Assembly (NCBI GenBank): GCA_964646255.1
Contig: CAZYDI010000001.1
Span: forward strand, 101,663 to 165,662
DNA length: 64,000 nucleotides
Origin: an uncultured Bacteroidales bacterium
GTDB lineage: Bacteria > Bacteroidota > Bacteroidia > Bacteroidales > UBA10428
Direction of reading: 5' to 3'
Part shown: positions 54,058-62,997 of the stretch, piece after piece
Layout of the letters: each line of letters starts with the position of its first letter
Position numbering within the stretch: position 1 is the stretch's first letter
Notes under the pieces: generated by a model
What the model was told of the DNA's origin: nothing
Database searches by the model: none
The model's input: the letters and a program-made list of their open reading frames with translations, nothing else
Position numbers and translations under genes: made by a program

Positions 54058-54393
54058 ATGGGTTCAAAGAAGCGCGAGGGAATAGTGTATTCAACCAATC
54101 CCGATTTCAAATTTGAGCAGGACGGCAATGAACAGGAAACATTGCCGCCACCCAGGCAACAACTGAAGGTTTGGATCGACTCCAGGGGCAGGGCCGGTAA
54201 AACGGTTACCCTCATTAAAGGGTTCATTGGCAAAAATGATGATCTCGAATTGCTGGGAACCTTGCTCAAAAAGCATTGTGGAACAGGAGGATCGGTTAAA
54301 GACGGCGAAATTATCCTGCAGGGCAATTTCAGGGATAAGGCATTGGCTTTCCTGGGTGCCCGGGGTTATCCTTCAAAAAAAGCCGGCGGCTGA
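54058..54393 (+). CDS. translation initiation factor SUI1/YciH family
   Basis: GKTVTLIKGF and LKKHCGTGGSVKDGEIILQGNFRDK. ATG 54058 (MGSKKREGIVYSTNPDF) is preferred over the ORF opening at 53998. Confidence 0.85.
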   Translation: MGSKKREGIVYSTNPDFKFEQDGNEQETLPPPRQQLKVWIDSRGRAGKTVTLIKGFIGKNDDLELLGTLLKKHCGTGGSVKDGEIILQGNFRDKALAFLGARGYPSKKAGG

Positions 54394-56769
54394 TTGTTAC
54401 CCATGAACATACAACCCATATTAAAATGGATAAGTAAAAGGAAAAGAATATTATATAGTATATTATTTATTCTTTTAGTTTATATTTTATTTGTTCCTGT
54501 CTGCCGGTTCAATGATCCCTGCTCAACAGTCATTACCGACAATTACGGTCAATTATTGGGAGCCAGGGTTGCAGCTGACGGTCAATGGAGGTTCCCGGAA
54601 GCCGATACCGTACCCTATAAGATAAGGAAAGCCACCCTGGCGTTCGAAGACCGGTATTTTTACTTTCACCCGGGGATCAATGCGGTTTCGATAATCCGGG
54701 CACTCTTTATCAATGTGAAAGCAGGTAAAGTATTAAGCGGAGGCAGCACCATCACCATGCAAACGATAAGGCTGTTCCGCAAAAACAAGGCCCGGACCAT
54801 TCCGGAAAAGCTGCTCGAAATGATTGCATCCACCCGGCTTGAAATTACAAAATCGAAAGAGGCAATCCTTGCGATGTATACTTCACATGCACCCTATGGC
54901 GGAAATACCGTTGGCGTAGAGGCTGCCTCATGGAGGTATTTCGCAACAAGCAGCGACCGGTTGTCATGGGCAGAGGCTGCCACATTGGCTGTTTTACCCA
55001 ACTCCCCATCCCTTGTCCATCCTGGAAGAAACAGGAATACACTGCTCGAAAAACGCAACAGGTTGCTGAAGAAGATGCATACATTGGGCTGGATTGACGA
55101 GCTAACGCTGACAACATCTATGGCCGAGCACATTCCCGATGAACCAATGCCAATGCCTGTATTGGCACCCCATTTGCTTAACCGCATTCATAGTGCACAT
55201 CCTGAAAAAACTACACGAACATCCATCGATGTAGTGATGCAATCCACTGTTTTACAAATTGTGGATAAGCATCATCAAGTATTGATGGCCAACCAGATAC
55301 ATAATATTGCTGCACTTGTAATTGAAGTGGAGACGGGAAATGTTAAGGCCTATGTGGGCAATTGCGGCTATCCCCTTGAGCGTAATCATGCCAATGAGGT
55401 TGATGTTGTATCAGCCAGGAGAAGTACCGGGAGCCTGCTGAAACCCCTGTTGTATGCGGCCATGATTGACGATGCCAGACTGCTGCCGGGAAGCCTCATT
55501 ACTGATATTCCGGTAAACCTCGGTGGATTTTCACCCCAGAATTTCGATAAATCCTTCCAGGGAGCTTTGCCTGCCCGGCAGGCATTGTCACAATCGCTCA
55601 ATGTACCGGCGGTTCAACTGCTCAAGCAATTCAGCGTGGACAGGTTTGCGCATCTGCTCAGGGACCTTGGAATGAAAACCCTTTCAAAGCCTGCCGACCA
55701 TTACGGCTTATCCCTTATACTGGGCGGGGCTGAGGGAAGCCTTGAAGAAATGACCAATATTTATGCCTCGCTGTCAAGAGTGTTAAACCATTACGGCAGC
55801 AGCGGCAAGTATTACAGCAATGACTATCGCCCGGTTGTTTTGTCAGCAGACGAAAAGCTGTTGAATCCTGTGGAAATCATACAGCCGGAACACCTGTCAG
55901 CTTCGGCAATCTGGAGTGCCTACGAAGCCATGAGGGAGGTAAACCGGCCTGAAACGGAAACAGGCTGGCAGTATTTCAGGTCTTCGCGAAAAATAGCATG
56001 GAAAACAGGGACGAGTTTTGGATACCGTGATGGATGGGCCATAGGAACAAATCCGCAATATGTTGTTGGCGTATGGACAGGAAATGCTGATGGTGAGGGC
56101 CGACCCGGACTCACCGGAATATCATGTGCTGCACCAATCCTTTTCGAGATTTTTGGTTCTTTACCGGCACATTCATGGTTTCTGCCGCCAACCGACGAAT
56201 TGCCCCGTGCTGTGGTCTGCCGTGCAAGCGGTTTTATCAGTGGCCAGTATTGTCCTGACCGGGATACCATTGCCGTGCCGTTTAAAGGCCTGAAATCAAG
56301 CATATGTCCTTACCATCAGCTCGTTCATTTGTCTGCCGACCAGCAGTACCGTGTTAACAGCAATTGTTATCCTGTAGATGAAATGGAGCATGTTTCGTGG
56401 TTCGTTCTGCCTCCTGTTGTTGAGTGGTATTATATCAAGCATCATGCTGATTACAAGCGGTTGCCTCCTTTTTCTGCAGGTTGTGTTGAGGACGGACAAA
56501 AATCAATGGGCCTGGTTTATCCCAGGGAAGAGGTTAAAATATTTATTCCAAGGAATCTTTCCGGTGAAAAGGAAAGGGTGATCTTTGAAGCGGTACACAG
56601 CAATCCGGGGGCCACCATTTACTGGCACATTGATGACGAATTCATAGCTTCCACCCGATATTATCACCAGGTGGAAGTATTGCCTTCAGCAGGAAAGCAC
56701 CTGCTTATCCTCATCGATGATAAGGGTGAAGAATTGGTTAAACGCTTTGAGGCTGTTGAACCAGAATGA
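54394..56769 (+). CDS. pbpC: penicillin-binding protein 1C
   Basis: Glycosyltransferase motifs EDRYFYFHPGIN and GGSTITMQ. Transpeptidase motifs STGSLLKP (SxxK), SLN and KTGTS. C-terminal PBP1C-specific domain. TTG 54394 abuts the SUI1 stop; alternative ATG at 54403. Confidence 0.9.
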   Translation: MLPMNIQPILKWISKRKRILYSILFILLVYILFVPVCRFNDPCSTVITDNYGQLLGARVAADGQWRFPEADTVPYKIRKATLAFEDRYFYFHPGINAVSIIRALFINVKAGKVLSGGSTITMQTIRLFRKNKARTIPEKLLEMIASTRLEITKSKEAILAMYTSHAPYGGNTVGVEAASWRYFATSSDRLSWAEAATLAVLPNSPSLVHPGRNRNTLLEKRNRLLKKMHTLGWIDELTLTTSMAEHIPDEPMPMPVLAPHLLNRIHSAHPEKTTRTSIDVVMQSTVLQIVDKHHQVLMANQIHNIAALVIEVETGNVKAYVGNCGYPLERNHANEVDVVSARRSTGSLLKPLLYAAMIDDARLLPGSLITDIPVNLGGFSPQNFDKSFQGALPARQALSQSLNVPAVQLLKQFSVDRFAHLLRDLGMKTLSKPADHYGLSLILGGAEGSLEEMTNIYASLSRVLNHYGSSGKYYSNDYRPVVLSADEKLLNPVEIIQPEHLSASAIWSAYEAMREVNRPETETGWQYFRSSRKIAWKTGTSFGYRDGWAIGTNPQYVVGVWTGNADGEGRPGLTGISCAAPILFEIFGSLPAHSWFLPPTDELPRAVVCRASGFISGQYCPDRDTIAVPFKGLKSSICPYHQLVHLSADQQYRVNSNCYPVDEMEHVSWFVLPPVVEWYYIKHHADYKRLPPFSAGCVEDGQKSMGLVYPREEVKIFIPRNLSGEKERVIFEAVHSNPGATIYWHIDDEFIASTRYYHQVEVLPSAGKHLLILIDDKGEELVKRFEAVEPE

Positions 56770-57259
56770 ACCTCCATGGATTGCTTTTCCAGGGCTCACC
56801 TGCATAATTAATTCCAATCCGTGGTGTGCAGTTAATGTCAGGCCGGATGATTCCCTCCTCAATCCATATCCGCGTTGAGCCGGTGAGATCTTCGCCATAA
56901 AATGACCGGTCGGTTTGCAGCACTTTGGTCACCCGCCCGGGGCCGTCGATACCGTTCAATCCCCTCAGCAGTACTGCCTGCGGGTTGTCCCTGGCTCCCG
57001 TAACAACATTCAGCATCCAATACATGCCATAAATCAGGTACATGTACACAAAACCTCCCTGTTCAAACATGATGCTGTTACGGGAAGTTTTTCCAAACCT
57101 GGCATGGGAAGCCTGATCTTCCATGCCTTTGTATGCTTCAACATCTGTAATAATCCAGGAATGGGTTTCCGATGTGTATTGCCTGACAAGTCTTTTCCCG
57201 ATGAGGTCAGGAGCCACTTCAAGTACGTCTCGTAAGAAAAAACTCCTTTCAAGCCGCAT
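56738..57259 (-). CDS. mpg: DNA-3-methyladenine glycosylase (Mpg/AAG family)
   Basis: FFLRDVLEVAPDLIGKRLV, ITDVEAYKG..DQASHA and VYMYLIYGMYWMLNVV. The 3' end overlaps the pbpC 3' end by 32 nt. Confidence 0.85.
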   Translation of the reverse strand: MRLERSFFLRDVLEVAPDLIGKRLVRQYTSETHSWIITDVEAYKGMEDQASHARFGKTSRNSIMFEQGGFVYMYLIYGMYWMLNVVTGARDNPQAVLLRGLNGIDGPGRVTKVLQTDRSFYGEDLTGSTRIWIEEGIIRPDINCTPRIGINYAGEPWKSNPWRFILVQQPQSV

Positions 57260-57261
57260 GG

Positions 57262-58314
57262 CTAGAGGATGAGCATGGCATCACCGTAAGTGCCAAAGTG
57301 GTATTTTTCTTTAATGGCAACTTTATAGGACTCAAATAAAAGCTCATACCCGGAAAAAGCAGATACCATCATCAACAATGTAGAAAGTGGCAGGTGAAAA
57401 TTTGAAATCATGCGCGTGGGCACACTGAACTCGTAAGGGGGGAAAATGAATTTATTGGTCCAGCCATCATAGGGTTTCAAATGGCCGGCCGTTGAAACTG
57501 AACTTTCCAGTGTTCTCAGTACGGTGGTACCAACGGCACAGACATGCTTGCGCTCATCCTTGGCGGCGTTTACAATTCTGGATGCTTCTTCGGTGATAAT
57601 GATCCGTTCCGAATCCATTTTATGCTTGGTGAGGTCCTCCACGTCAACCGTACGGAAATTGCCCAAACCAACATGCAGGGTAATCTCGGCAAAGCGGGCG
57701 CCTTTAATCTCCAGTCTTTTCAGCAACTCACGGCTAAAATGAAGTCCAGCCGTAGGAGCGGCAACGGCACCTTCGTGTTTGGCAAAGATAGTCTGGTACC
57801 TGTCCTTGTCTTCGGGCTGAACGGCCCTTTTTATGAATTTGGGAAGCGGTGTTTCACCCAATTTGAAAAGGGTTTTCTTAAACTCATCATAATCTCCGTC
57901 AAAAAGAAAGCGTAAAGTCCTTCCCCTGGATGTTGTATTGTCAATTACCTCGGCAACCAGCGTTTCATCATCATCACCAAAATACAGCTTGTTACCTATT
58001 CTAATTTTTCTTGCGGGGTCAACAAGGACATCCCATAACCTCTGTTCGCGGTTGAGCTCCCTGAGCAGAAAAACCTCAATCTCGGCACCGGTTTTTTCTT
58101 TATTGCCGTATAACCTTGCAGGGAATACTTTGGTATTGTTAACAACAAAAACATCTCCTTCGGTGAAATATTCGATAATGTCCCTGAACACCTTATGTTG
58201 AATTTTGCCGGTAGCACGGTCAACCACCATCAATTTGGATTCATCACGTTTGTCGGCCGGAAATTTGGCAATCAGGTCTTCTGGTAAATTGTATTTGTAC
58301 TGCGAAAGTTTCAT
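57262..58314 (-). CDS. queA: S-adenosylmethionine:tRNA ribosyltransferase-isomerase
   Basis: [27 protein letters not shown] and [14 protein letters not shown]. Confidence 0.95.
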   Translation of the reverse strand: MKLSQYKYNLPEDLIAKFPADKRDESKLMVVDRATGKIQHKVFRDIIEYFTEGDVFVVNNTKVFPARLYGNKEKTGAEIEVFLLRELNREQRLWDVLVDPARKIRIGNKLYFGDDDETLVAEVIDNTTSRGRTLRFLFDGDYDEFKKTLFKLGETPLPKFIKRAVQPEDKDRYQTIFAKHEGAVAAPTAGLHFSRELLKRLEIKGARFAEITLHVGLGNFRTVDVEDLTKHKMDSERIIITEEASRIVNAAKDERKHVCAVGTTVLRTLESSVSTAGHLKPYDGWTNKFIFPPYEFSVPTRMISNFHLPLSTLLMMVSAFSGYELLFESYKVAIKEKYHFGTYGDAMLIL

Positions 58315-58378
58315 GGAGATATTTTTGAGTAAGTAATATCAAAATAAACTATTCATAAACGGAAACAGGTAAAAAAGG

Positions 58379-59107
58379 TTACAAAAAAACAAAATTTCTT
58401 TCAAAATCTTCTATTCCCATGGCATCCTTCAGATAAAAATTTCCGATTCTGCACCTGACCAATTCCGAAAGATAGGCGCCTGAATTCAAACGCAATCCAA
58501 TGTCCCTGGCCAGCGCACGTATGTAAGTTCCCTTACTGCATACAACCCTGAAAGACAATGAGGGGAAATTGTAATTGGTTAATTCAATCGATGAAATGGT
58601 TATTGTTTTCGGATCCATCGGAGGTAATTCACCCTTTCTTGCCAGGGTGTAAGCCCTTTTTCCCTGGACCATCCTTGCCGAATATACTGGTGGCACCTGT
58701 GGCTGTGTTCCTGCAAAGGATGCCAGTACTTGCTCAACAAGTGATAAATTAATATGTTCAGTAGGATAAACCGCGTCTGTTTCTGTTTCCAGGTCAAAGG
58801 AAGGCGTCGTTTTACCCAGTGCAATTTTTGCAAGGTATTCTTTTTCGTGCGACTGATAAAGCTCGATATTTTTGGTTTCCTTGCCTATGCATACAATCAT
58901 CAAACCTGTTGCAAGCGGATCGAGCGTGCCTGCATGGCCAACCTTTATTTTCTTTAAATGCAACCGGTGTTTTAACACGAATTTAACCTTATTCACAAGG
59001 TCAAAAGAAGTCCAGTAAAGGGGTTTATTGAAAAGCAATACCTTGCCAGCGGCAAATTCTTCAGCAAGTCTTTCGTTTAATTGATCTTTTTGAGGTGATT
59101 GCAGCAT
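58379..59107 (-). CDS. truB: tRNA pseudouridine(55) synthase
   Basis: Catalytic Asp motif GHAGTLDPLATG. Confidence 0.93.
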   Translation of the reverse strand: MLQSPQKDQLNERLAEEFAAGKVLLFNKPLYWTSFDLVNKVKFVLKHRLHLKKIKVGHAGTLDPLATGLMIVCIGKETKNIELYQSHEKEYLAKIALGKTTPSFDLETETDAVYPTEHINLSLVEQVLASFAGTQPQVPPVYSARMVQGKRAYTLARKGELPPMDPKTITISSIELTNYNFPSLSFRVVCSKGTYIRALARDIGLRLNSGAYLSELVRCRIGNFYLKDAMGIEDFERNFVFL

Positions 59108-59113
59108 GCCTGA

Positions 59114-59380
59114 CTATTCATTCGGGGCATCTTTCGGCTTTTTCATGATCGCCCAAATCTCAAATAAAAATCCGAACAATACCACTATCGGAGCCAGGGT
59201 AATCCTGCGGAAGCTGAATATTTCATCCTTGTTGAAAACATTGGGGTCCTCGGATTTTCCTCCAATCATGAGCAGGAAGCCGATGATTATGATTACAAAG
59301 CCAATAATCAGGTAAAGATAATTTTCTTTGCCCAGCGCGAATCCGTTTCCGGAAGCTTTGACTTCAGGTTTTTTTGCCAT
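59114..59380 (-). CDS. DUF3098-like small membrane protein
   Basis: 88 aa with two TM helices (YLYLIIGFVIIIIGFLLMIGG and LAPIVVLFGFLFEIWAI). It occupies the conserved position between ftsX and truB seen in Bacteroidota. Confidence 0.65.
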   Translation of the reverse strand: MAKKPEVKASGNGFALGKENYLYLIIGFVIIIIGFLLMIGGKSEDPNVFNKDEIFSFRRITLAPIVVLFGFLFEIWAIMKKPKDAPNE

Positions 59381-59391
59381 AAAGAAAACGT

Positions 59392-60267
59392 TTAAGTATA
59401 TAAGTTATCAGTCTTCATTTTCAAATATTTATTTACGGAGAACAAAGTCGATATCCAGGCAATGAGGATACCCGCGACCAGAATGGATCCAAATACAATG
59501 GCCAGAATTTTCAGGTCTCCGAAACTAAAAATATCGCCAAGTTGTTTTTCGGCAATATACAAAGCGGCAATCAATAATACAATAGCAAATAAACCCGCCA
59601 GTAACCCCTGTGTTATGCCACGCAGTATAAAGGGACGCCTGATAAGGGAATGATAAGCTCCGACCAATTGCATGGTGCGGATGACAAATCGTTTTGAATA
59701 TACTGTCAACCTTATGGTGTTGTTGATTAATGTTGTGGCAATGACAAAGAGCAGAATGCAAAGCACGAAAATGGCCATGCTCACCTTGCGTATATTCTCG
59801 TTTACCTCGAAAATGAGGTCTTTTTGATAGGAAACATCGGCAACCTGGGCATAGGCCCTGAACTCCTTTTCAAGCACTGCAAACGTGTCCGGATTCGCGT
59901 ATGACGCAATCAGCTTCACATCAATCGAGGAGGGCAGGGGATTATAGCCGAGGAAACCAATAAAATCCTCTCCGTGTTCCTTTTGAAATTCCTCTGCTGC
60001 CTGTTCCTTGGTGATATATTTGGTCTCTCTTACGTACCGCTTGGCATCCAGCATCTTTTGCAGGTTAAGGATGTCAACTTCCCGCGCATCATCGGTAAGG
60101 TAAACCGAAATCCCGATATTTTCCTTTACATAGTCGGAAAGCTTTTTGGTATTCAGGATAAGCGTGCCTGCAATGCCCAGCAGAAAAAGCACCAGCGTTA
60201 TGCTAACCACTGAGGTTAAATAGGAAGTTGTTAAACGTCGTCGGATTGTATTGTCTTTTGACTGCAT
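59392..60267 (-). CDS. ftsX: cell division protein FtsX-like permease
   Basis: One N-terminal TM helix, a periplasmic domain, and three C-terminal TM helices. FtsX-box-like segment TIRLTVYSKRFVIRTMQLVGA. A -7 box, TATCTTTG on the minus strand, lies at 60284-60291. Confidence 0.85.
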   Translation of the reverse strand: MQSKDNTIRRRLTTSYLTSVVSITLVLFLLGIAGTLILNTKKLSDYVKENIGISVYLTDDAREVDILNLQKMLDAKRYVRETKYITKEQAAEEFQKEHGEDFIGFLGYNPLPSSIDVKLIASYANPDTFAVLEKEFRAYAQVADVSYQKDLIFEVNENIRKVSMAIFVLCILLFVIATTLINNTIRLTVYSKRFVIRTMQLVGAYHSLIRRPFILRGITQGLLAGLFAIVLLIAALYIAEKQLGDIFSFGDLKILAIVFGSILVAGILIAWISTLFSVNKYLKMKTDNLYT

Positions 60268-60313
60268 GTTTGTATTACCTCCGACAAAGATATAACATTT
60301 TTAAGCGGATTAT

Positions 60314-61333
60314 TTATCCAACAATTTCGGTCCAGCCAAAGGGATCCGGTTCATCACCGTTTTGAATGGCCACCAGTTTATTATACAGGTTGTTGCTTAC
60401 TGGTCCGGGCTTTCCGTCTTTGCAGTATTCATAAACCACATTGGTGTCGGGATCAAATATTTTGCGGATGGGTGTAATTACTGCGGCGGTTCCGCATGCC
60501 CCAACCTCTTCAAACGTGGAGAGTTCTTCAAAAGGCACCGGCCTTTTTTCCACTTTAATGCCCATACTTTTGCACAATTCCTGCAGGCTCATATTGGTTA
60601 TCGAGGGAAGAATTGACTTGGATTCCGGGGTAATGAAAGTATTGTTTTTTATGCCAAAAAAGTTGGCCGGCCCGGCTTCATCAATATACTTCTTTTCCCT
60701 GGGGTCGAGATAAAGCGTAGTGGAATAACCCTTATCATGGGCCAAATCAAGTGAAGTAAGGCTGGCGGCATAGTTACCCCCGACTTTAAAACAACCGGTT
60801 CCCAGCGGAGCAGCGCGATCATGACCACGGCATACCATGATGTCAACCGGCTTAAATCCTTCCCTGAAATAGGGACCTACCGGTGTAACGAAGACCAGGA
60901 AAAGATATTCTTTCGAGGGCTTGACACCTACCTCTGCACCACTGCCGATAAGCAAGGGGCGAATATAGAGGGATGCCCCGGTTCCATAAGGAGGAATATA
61001 TGCTGTATTTAATTGTACAACCTTTCTGACGGCTTCCCTGAACAATTCAACCGGAACAGTTGCCATTTTAATACCTTCGGCGGTATTGAACATGCGTTGG
61101 GCATTTGCTTCACTTCTGAAAATTCTGATTTTGTTATCCTTTCCCCTGAAGGCTTTGAGACCTTCAAAAGCCTCCTGTCCATAATGCAGACAGGTAGCAG
61201 CAATGTGCATGTTAATATACTCGGAAGATGATATTTCCAGTTCTCCCCACTTTCCATTCCTGAAAAAACAGCGAACATTATAGTCGGTTTTTACGTAACC
61301 AAAGGGCAACGATTGCCAGTCGAATGTGCTCAT
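60314..61333 (-). CDS. ilvE: branched-chain amino acid aminotransferase
   Basis: Class IV aminotransferase pattern QEAFEGLKAFR, LYIRP and FKVGGNYAAS. A -7 box, TATTTTTG on the minus strand, lies at 61357-61364. Confidence 0.9.
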   Translation of the reverse strand: MSTFDWQSLPFGYVKTDYNVRCFFRNGKWGELEISSSEYINMHIAATCLHYGQEAFEGLKAFRGKDNKIRIFRSEANAQRMFNTAEGIKMATVPVELFREAVRKVVQLNTAYIPPYGTGASLYIRPLLIGSGAEVGVKPSKEYLFLVFVTPVGPYFREGFKPVDIMVCRGHDRAAPLGTGCFKVGGNYAASLTSLDLAHDKGYSTTLYLDPREKKYIDEAGPANFFGIKNNTFITPESKSILPSITNMSLQELCKSMGIKVEKRPVPFEELSTFEEVGACGTAAVITPIRKIFDPDTNVVYEYCKDGKPGPVSNNLYNKLVAIQNGDEPDPFGWTEIVG

Positions 61334-61481
61334 AAATATTGTATCTGATTCGATGTCAAAAATAGAGATTTAGATTGATTCACAAAATGATGATTGTGGT
61401 AAAACCACATTTTTGCTGTTTTTTATCTGATATTCAAAATAAAAAAATAATTTTATAGTTTTAAGAACAAATCGATTAAGC

Positions 61482-62318
61482 ATGGAACAGGAAAAAAATC
61501 TGATCATGGTTACCTGGGATTTCACCGAAAAGAATGTGTATGCAATTGAACATGCCATTCAAATGACCTCCCAGATTAAAGGTGAAATAGCTGTAGTCCA
61601 TATTGTTAAAAAGGAAGATGAAATAGCAGACGCCAAAAAAAGAATGGCAGAAGAAGTAAGGGCAAAGTTCAGTGATCCTGCAATAAATTTTTCCTTTGTT
61701 GTGCGCAGCGGATCAATTTTCCATACCATTGGCGAATTGGCCAGTGAACTCAATGCACTGATGGTGGTTATGGGTACCCATGGTATAACCGGCATGCAAA
61801 AATTTCTGGGCAGTTGGGCCCTCAAGGTTATTGCCAGCTCAAAGGCTCCTTTTATTGTGGTGCAGAAAAGCCCCAAATCAGAGGGAATGAAAAACATTGT
61901 TTTACCGATCAATTACAAACGTGAAACAAAGGAATCTGTAACCTGGACTCACTATTTTTCAAGGAAGTTCGGCACAAAATTTTATCTTTTCAGGGCTAAG
62001 TACCAGGACAGCAATTTCAGGAAAGGACTGGATTCAAACATGTTTTTCATAACAAAATATTTTACCAGTAAAGGCGTACGTTTCGAATCAAAAATGGCAG
62101 GGGGCGATGAAGATTTCGGAAAGGAAACCATATCGTATGCAAAAAGCATTGATGCGGACGCAATCATGCTTATGACTACCCGCGACATCGGATTTACCGA
62201 TTATGTAATGGGTGCCCAGGAACAATATATTATTGCCAATAGCGAAATGATTCCTGTCATCTGTATTAATCCCCGTCCTGCGAAAATCGGCGGTGGGTTT
62301 AGCGCCAGTGGAGGATGA
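61482..62318 (+). CDS. tandem universal stress protein family protein
   Basis: Two Usp-like halves. The first carries MVVMGTHGITG and PFIVVQ. The second carries AIMLMTTRDIG and PVICI. Confidence 0.8.
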   Translation: MEQEKNLIMVTWDFTEKNVYAIEHAIQMTSQIKGEIAVVHIVKKEDEIADAKKRMAEEVRAKFSDPAINFSFVVRSGSIFHTIGELASELNALMVVMGTHGITGMQKFLGSWALKVIASSKAPFIVVQKSPKSEGMKNIVLPINYKRETKESVTWTHYFSRKFGTKFYLFRAKYQDSNFRKGLDSNMFFITKYFTSKGVRFESKMAGGDEDFGKETISYAKSIDADAIMLMTTRDIGFTDYVMGAQEQYIIANSEMIPVICINPRPAKIGGGFSASGG

Positions 62319-62343
62319 TAATAACCAATAATTCAATATCATA

Positions 62344-62377
62344 CAAAAACAAGGAGTCTATCCTTGTTTTTGTTTTT
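62344..62377 (+). terminator. intrinsic terminator
   Basis: AAAAACAAGGA-gtcta-TCCTTGTTTTT is an 11-bp stem running into GTTTTTT. It lies 26 nt after the usp stop. Confidence 0.7.
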
Positions 62378-62389
62378 TAGGATAATACA

Positions 62390-62986
62390 ATGGGCAAAAA
62401 GAAGAGGCCGCAATTGGTTTTTGCTACTAACAACAAGCATAAACTCTCGGAAATACGCAACATTTTAAAGGAAGAGGTTGAGATTTTATGCCTGGAGGAC
62501 ATAGGAAGCAATGATGAAATTCCTGAAGACCAGGATACCCTCCGGGGCAATGCGATTCAAAAAGCACAATTTATCTATGATAAGTACGGCTTAAATTGTT
62601 TTGCCGATGATACGGGTCTGGAAATCGACGCATTGAACGGAGAACCGGGAGTTTATTCAGCCCGTTATGCCGGTAACGGATGTAGCTTCGGTGACAATAT
62701 GAACCTGGTCTTGTTACGGATGAAAGATATTCCAAACCGCAAAGCCAGGTTCAGGACGGTGATTGCCCTTATCGAAAACGGTAATGTTCAGACCTTCGAG
62801 GGCGAGATTAATGGCATAATAACCCATAGCAAAAAAGGAGAAGGAGGGTTTGGATATGATCCGGTTTTTCAACCCGACGGATTTAACCTTACCTTTGCAG
62901 AGATGTCTGCAACGGAAAAAAACGCAGTATCACACAGGGCGATTGCAATTAAAGCATTTGCAAAATATCTTGTAAGAAATGCCTGA
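62390..62986 (+). CDS. rdgB: non-canonical purine NTP pyrophosphatase (RdgB/HAM1 family)
   Basis: LVFATNNKHKLSE, CFADDTGLEIDALNGEPGVYSARY, GFGYDPVF and SHRAIA motifs. Confidence 0.9.
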   Translation: MGKKKRPQLVFATNNKHKLSEIRNILKEEVEILCLEDIGSNDEIPEDQDTLRGNAIQKAQFIYDKYGLNCFADDTGLEIDALNGEPGVYSARYAGNGCSFGDNMNLVLLRMKDIPNRKARFRTVIALIENGNVQTFEGEINGIITHSKKGEGGFGYDPVFQPDGFNLTFAEMSATEKNAVSHRAIAIKAFAKYLVRNA

Positions 62987-62997
62987 ATGATTCGTAT

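Noticed and set aside
61395-61425. A small hairpin, TGTGGT-aaa-ACCACA, followed by a T-rich tract in the divergent ilvE/usp promoter region.
   Set aside because: The stem is only 6 bp with a 3-nt loop, and it lies between divergent starts where no transcript needs terminating. It is weak evidence for an attenuator.
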